A stretch of DNA of 64,000 bases from Planctomycetota bacterium (GTDB lineage Bacteria; Planctomycetota; UBA1135; UBA2386): the NCBI GenBank assembly GCA_965223545.1, contig OZ245006.1:7840001-7904000 (forward strand). Reading direction: 5' to 3'. Under the pieces are notes generated by a model. The model was not told the DNA's origin and did no database searches. It worked only from the letters and a program-made list of their open reading frames with translations. This document shows positions 61,594 through 64,000 of this stretch, in pieces. The stretch's first letter is position 1; the number at the start of each line of letters is the position of its first letter. The position numbers and the translations under genes were made by a program.

Positions 61594-63812
61594 ATCTCCA
61601 CCGAGCCGTCGGCGAATCCGATCGCGACCGCGCTGCCGGCCGCGTCACTGGCAAAGCTGGTGGCCGGACGGCGGCTCAGTCCGTCCCGGCCACAGCGCAC
61701 GGCGAGGTCGCCGCCTTCGCCGACCGCGTGCACGACCCCATCCTCGGTCAGTGCCAGCAAGTCGGAGGAGCTCCAGTGCAGCGCGATGAAGGCGCCGTCG
61801 TGGCGCGCCACCGGCCGAAAGCGCCGGCCGTCGCGCTCGAGGATGGCGAGCCCACGCTCGCGCCACGCCACCGCCAGGTGGGATGCCTGTGGGGCGAGCG
61901 CTAGGGCGTGCACAGCGCCGGGTGCGGCAGGTGTCCAGCGGCCGACCTGGCGGCCGGTGTCGGTGTCCCAAATGCGCACCACACCGAGCTGGTCGCCGGT
62001 GACCGCGATCGGCTGTCGGTCGTGGAGCGCGACCGCGGTGATCCCGGCGCCGTGCCCCTCGAGTGGTTCGTGCAGAACCCACTGCGCGTCGTCCCGGGGC
62101 GCGCGGAACAGCTCGGCGAGCTTGCCGTCGGCGATCACCGCCTGGCTGTCGGACAGCGCCACCGGTTGCCCACTGGTCCGGGGCACGTGCAGGCGGAGAC
62201 CGTGTGGCGTCGTCAACACCGCTTCGGCGCGGCTGCACACCAGGGCCGAGTCGTCGGGGCCGAGTGCCGCCGCGAGGGGTGTCGTGGTCAGCGAGTCGAC
62301 GGACGTGGGGATGCCGGTGGCCCGCACCCAGGCGCGGACGGTGGTGGTGTTGCCGGCCGGGTCGCGCACCGTGGCGCGCACCAGCGTGCGCTCGTGATCG
62401 GGCACCCAGCGCAGCACCGGTTCGGCTGTCGAGGCGTGACCGGGCACGACGTCGAGTGCGTGCAGGTCGGTGGCCGGTGACACGGTGATCGGCAGGTGGT
62501 GTGGGCGGCCGAGTACCAGCGGTTGCTCGGGCAGGCCGAGCTCCACGATCGGTGGCGCGCTGTCGCGTTGGATCGTCAACCGCACCTCGGCGGATCGATG
62601 GCCGGCCCGGTCGAGCGCCCAGGCGCGGACCCGGTAGCGACCGTCGACCGGCGTCGGCGCATCGGCGGCGTAGATGCCGCCGAACTGGTGCGCCAAGTGC
62701 AGGGTGGACGTCGTTCCGTCGGGGCCGGTACACGAGGCGCGCACCGATGCGACATCGGCGGCCGCGCAGCGCAGCTCGATGGTGGTGCGCGCGGTCCGCG
62801 TCCAGACGACGCCCGGCGGTGGGGGATCGAGCACCGGTGGATCGGCGTCCGCGTCGAGCAGCAGCGCGCAGCGCGCCTGGCCGTACACGAGCGCCAGCTG
62901 CTGGGTGCCGACGGTGGGCATGACCCAGTCGAGGGTGAAGGCGCCGTCGGCAGCGACTTCGGCAATCCCGCTCGCCTCTCCGCCGCGGGCGCGCACCACG
63001 CCGGCGCCGCGGCCGTGGACCCGCCCGCGAATGCGCAGGGCGGAGGCCGGTGGCCGCGCGACGCGATCGCCGTGCCGCAGGCCGGCCAGCACGATGCGCG
63101 CGGCTTCGGCGGGCGGGGTCGGTGGCGCCACCGTCACCGGACCGACGGCGCCTCCGGGCGGCGTGCTCGGCCGCGTCGTCACCGCGGGCTCCGGCACCGG
63201 GTCGACGGAGATCTCGTGCGTCAGCGTGCACGGGCCACACTGCAACTCCATCCGGTGCGAGCCGGGTGCCGTGAACGTGACGCAGCCCTGCTCGTCGCGG
63301 GTCACCGGTGACGGGCCGCGCTCGGGGCCGGTGACGATGAGCCGCTCGATCGGCACGGACGACAGGAGTGGCACCGGCTCGCCGCAGCGCGCGCGCGCCG
63401 GCAGAGCGGCGATGAGCTGCTGGCGCAGGGCGTCGACGCAGTCCCGGCGCGCGCGGTCGAGCAGCCGCTGCACGCGGCTGCGCGCTCGGCCGGCCAAGGA
63501 TTCGGCGACGGGGACCTGCGCTAGCCGGGACCAACCCGCCAGCAGCTCCGCCGCCGGCAGCCGGGCCAGGGCGTGCCAGTCGGCGAGGGTCGCGCAGGTC
63601 GCGGCCAGGGTTTGCGTGGCCGCATAGCGCGGCCCCCAGGGCAGCGCTGCCTCGAGCTGCTCGGTCGCCGCGGTGATGCCCTCGGGGCGCGCTTCCAGCT
63701 CGTGCAGTGCGGCGGCGAGAACCTCGTCGTTGTGCCAGAACGACGCGGCGAACACTCCGCCGCCGAGTGCCGCGAGCAGCAGGGCTCGGCCGCCGACTGC
63801 GCCGCCCGTCAC
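61464..63812 (-). CDS. Membrane-anchored Ig-like plus WD40 protein
   Basis: GTGA overlap with the surE stop; D.AG motifs; GH...VRIWD. Confidence 0.75.
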   Translation of the reverse strand: MTGGAVGGRALLLAALGGGVFAASFWHNDEVLAAALHELEARPEGITAATEQLEAALPWGPRYAATQTLAATCATLADWHALARLPAAELLAGWSRLAQVPVAESLAGRARSRVQRLLDRARRDCVDALRQQLIAALPARARCGEPVPLLSSVPIERLIVTGPERGPSPVTRDEQGCVTFTAPGSHRMELQCGPCTLTHEISVDPVPEPAVTTRPSTPPGGAVGPVTVAPPTPPAEAARIVLAGLRHGDRVARPPASALRIRGRVHGRGAGVVRARGGEASGIAEVAADGAFTLDWVMPTVGTQQLALVYGQARCALLLDADADPPVLDPPPPGVVWTRTARTTIELRCAAADVASVRASCTGPDGTTSTLHLAHQFGGIYAADAPTPVDGRYRVRAWALDRAGHRSAEVRLTIQRDSAPPIVELGLPEQPLVLGRPHHLPITVSPATDLHALDVVPGHASTAEPVLRWVPDHERTLVRATVRDPAGNTTTVRAWVRATGIPTSVDSLTTTPLAAALGPDDSALVCSRAEAVLTTPHGLRLHVPRTSGQPVALSDSQAVIADGKLAELFRAPRDDAQWVLHEPLEGHGAGITAVALHDRQPIAVTGDQLGVVRIWDTDTGRQVGRWTPAAPGAVHALALAPQASHLAVAWRERGLAILERDGRRFRPVARHDGAFIALHWSSSDLLALTEDGVVHAVGEGGDLAVRCGRDGLSRRPATSFASDAAGSAVAIGFADGSVEIWQANRRRIEWAGHDGAVLAVRFDGRRRMRSLGRDGELRHWSW

Positions 63813-64000
63813 CGCGCCGGCTCCATGGCCTCGCGCCACGCAGCCGCGCGCGGATGGTCGGTCAGGTCGTAGGACAGCGGGGTGACCGCGATCCTGCCCT
63901 GGGCGATCGCCTCGACGTCGCAGCCGGGTGCGGTGTGGGCGAACGACATGCCGTCTCCCACCGGCCAGTAGTAGACCTGCCCTTCGGGCGAGGTGCGGCG
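63809..64000 (-). CDS. surE: 5'/3'-nucleotidase SurE, 3' end (partial)
   Basis: RRTSPEGQVYYW..GCDVEAIAQGRIAVTPLSYDLT. Confidence 0.85.
   Translation of the reverse strand, partial: RRTSPEGQVYYWPVGDGMSFAHTAPGCDVEAIAQGRIAVTPLSYDLTDHPRAAAWREAMEPAR

Overview
High-GC bacterial DNA, probably from a Planctomycetota-type host. That is inferred from the ECF sigma/Ser-Thr kinase pair, the WxxWRGP PQQ-like propellers and the many secreted proteins ending in a shared C-terminal domain. Bases 1-12941 are the right end of a prophage integrated in a tRNA-Asn(GTT) gene. In order it carries a repeat-rich virion fibre, a holin/lipoprotein/PAS-domain cassette, a leftward moron cassette with an EEP nuclease, an XRE repressor, an early region, an Xis-like gene, a tyrosine integrase and attR. 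The early leader holds an unannotated tandem array of covarying hairpins that overlaps an intrinsic terminator and lies downstream of a tiny Arg-rich ORF; this is the best candidate for an undescribed system. Host DNA (13-64 kb) contains an SLC13 transporter and two beta-lactamase-fold paralogs in which SxxK is replaced by RxxE. It also has a 107-bp direct repeat enclosing a lower-GC gene, an IS630 and a transposase relic. Further genes include STK-WD40/ECF, frameshifted nhaA, cdd, an rSAM/SPASM-GGCT pair, a GcvT/double-FAD-oxidoreductase/Rieske cluster, several propeller proteins and the 3' end of surE. All calls come from reading motifs by eye; no searches were run.
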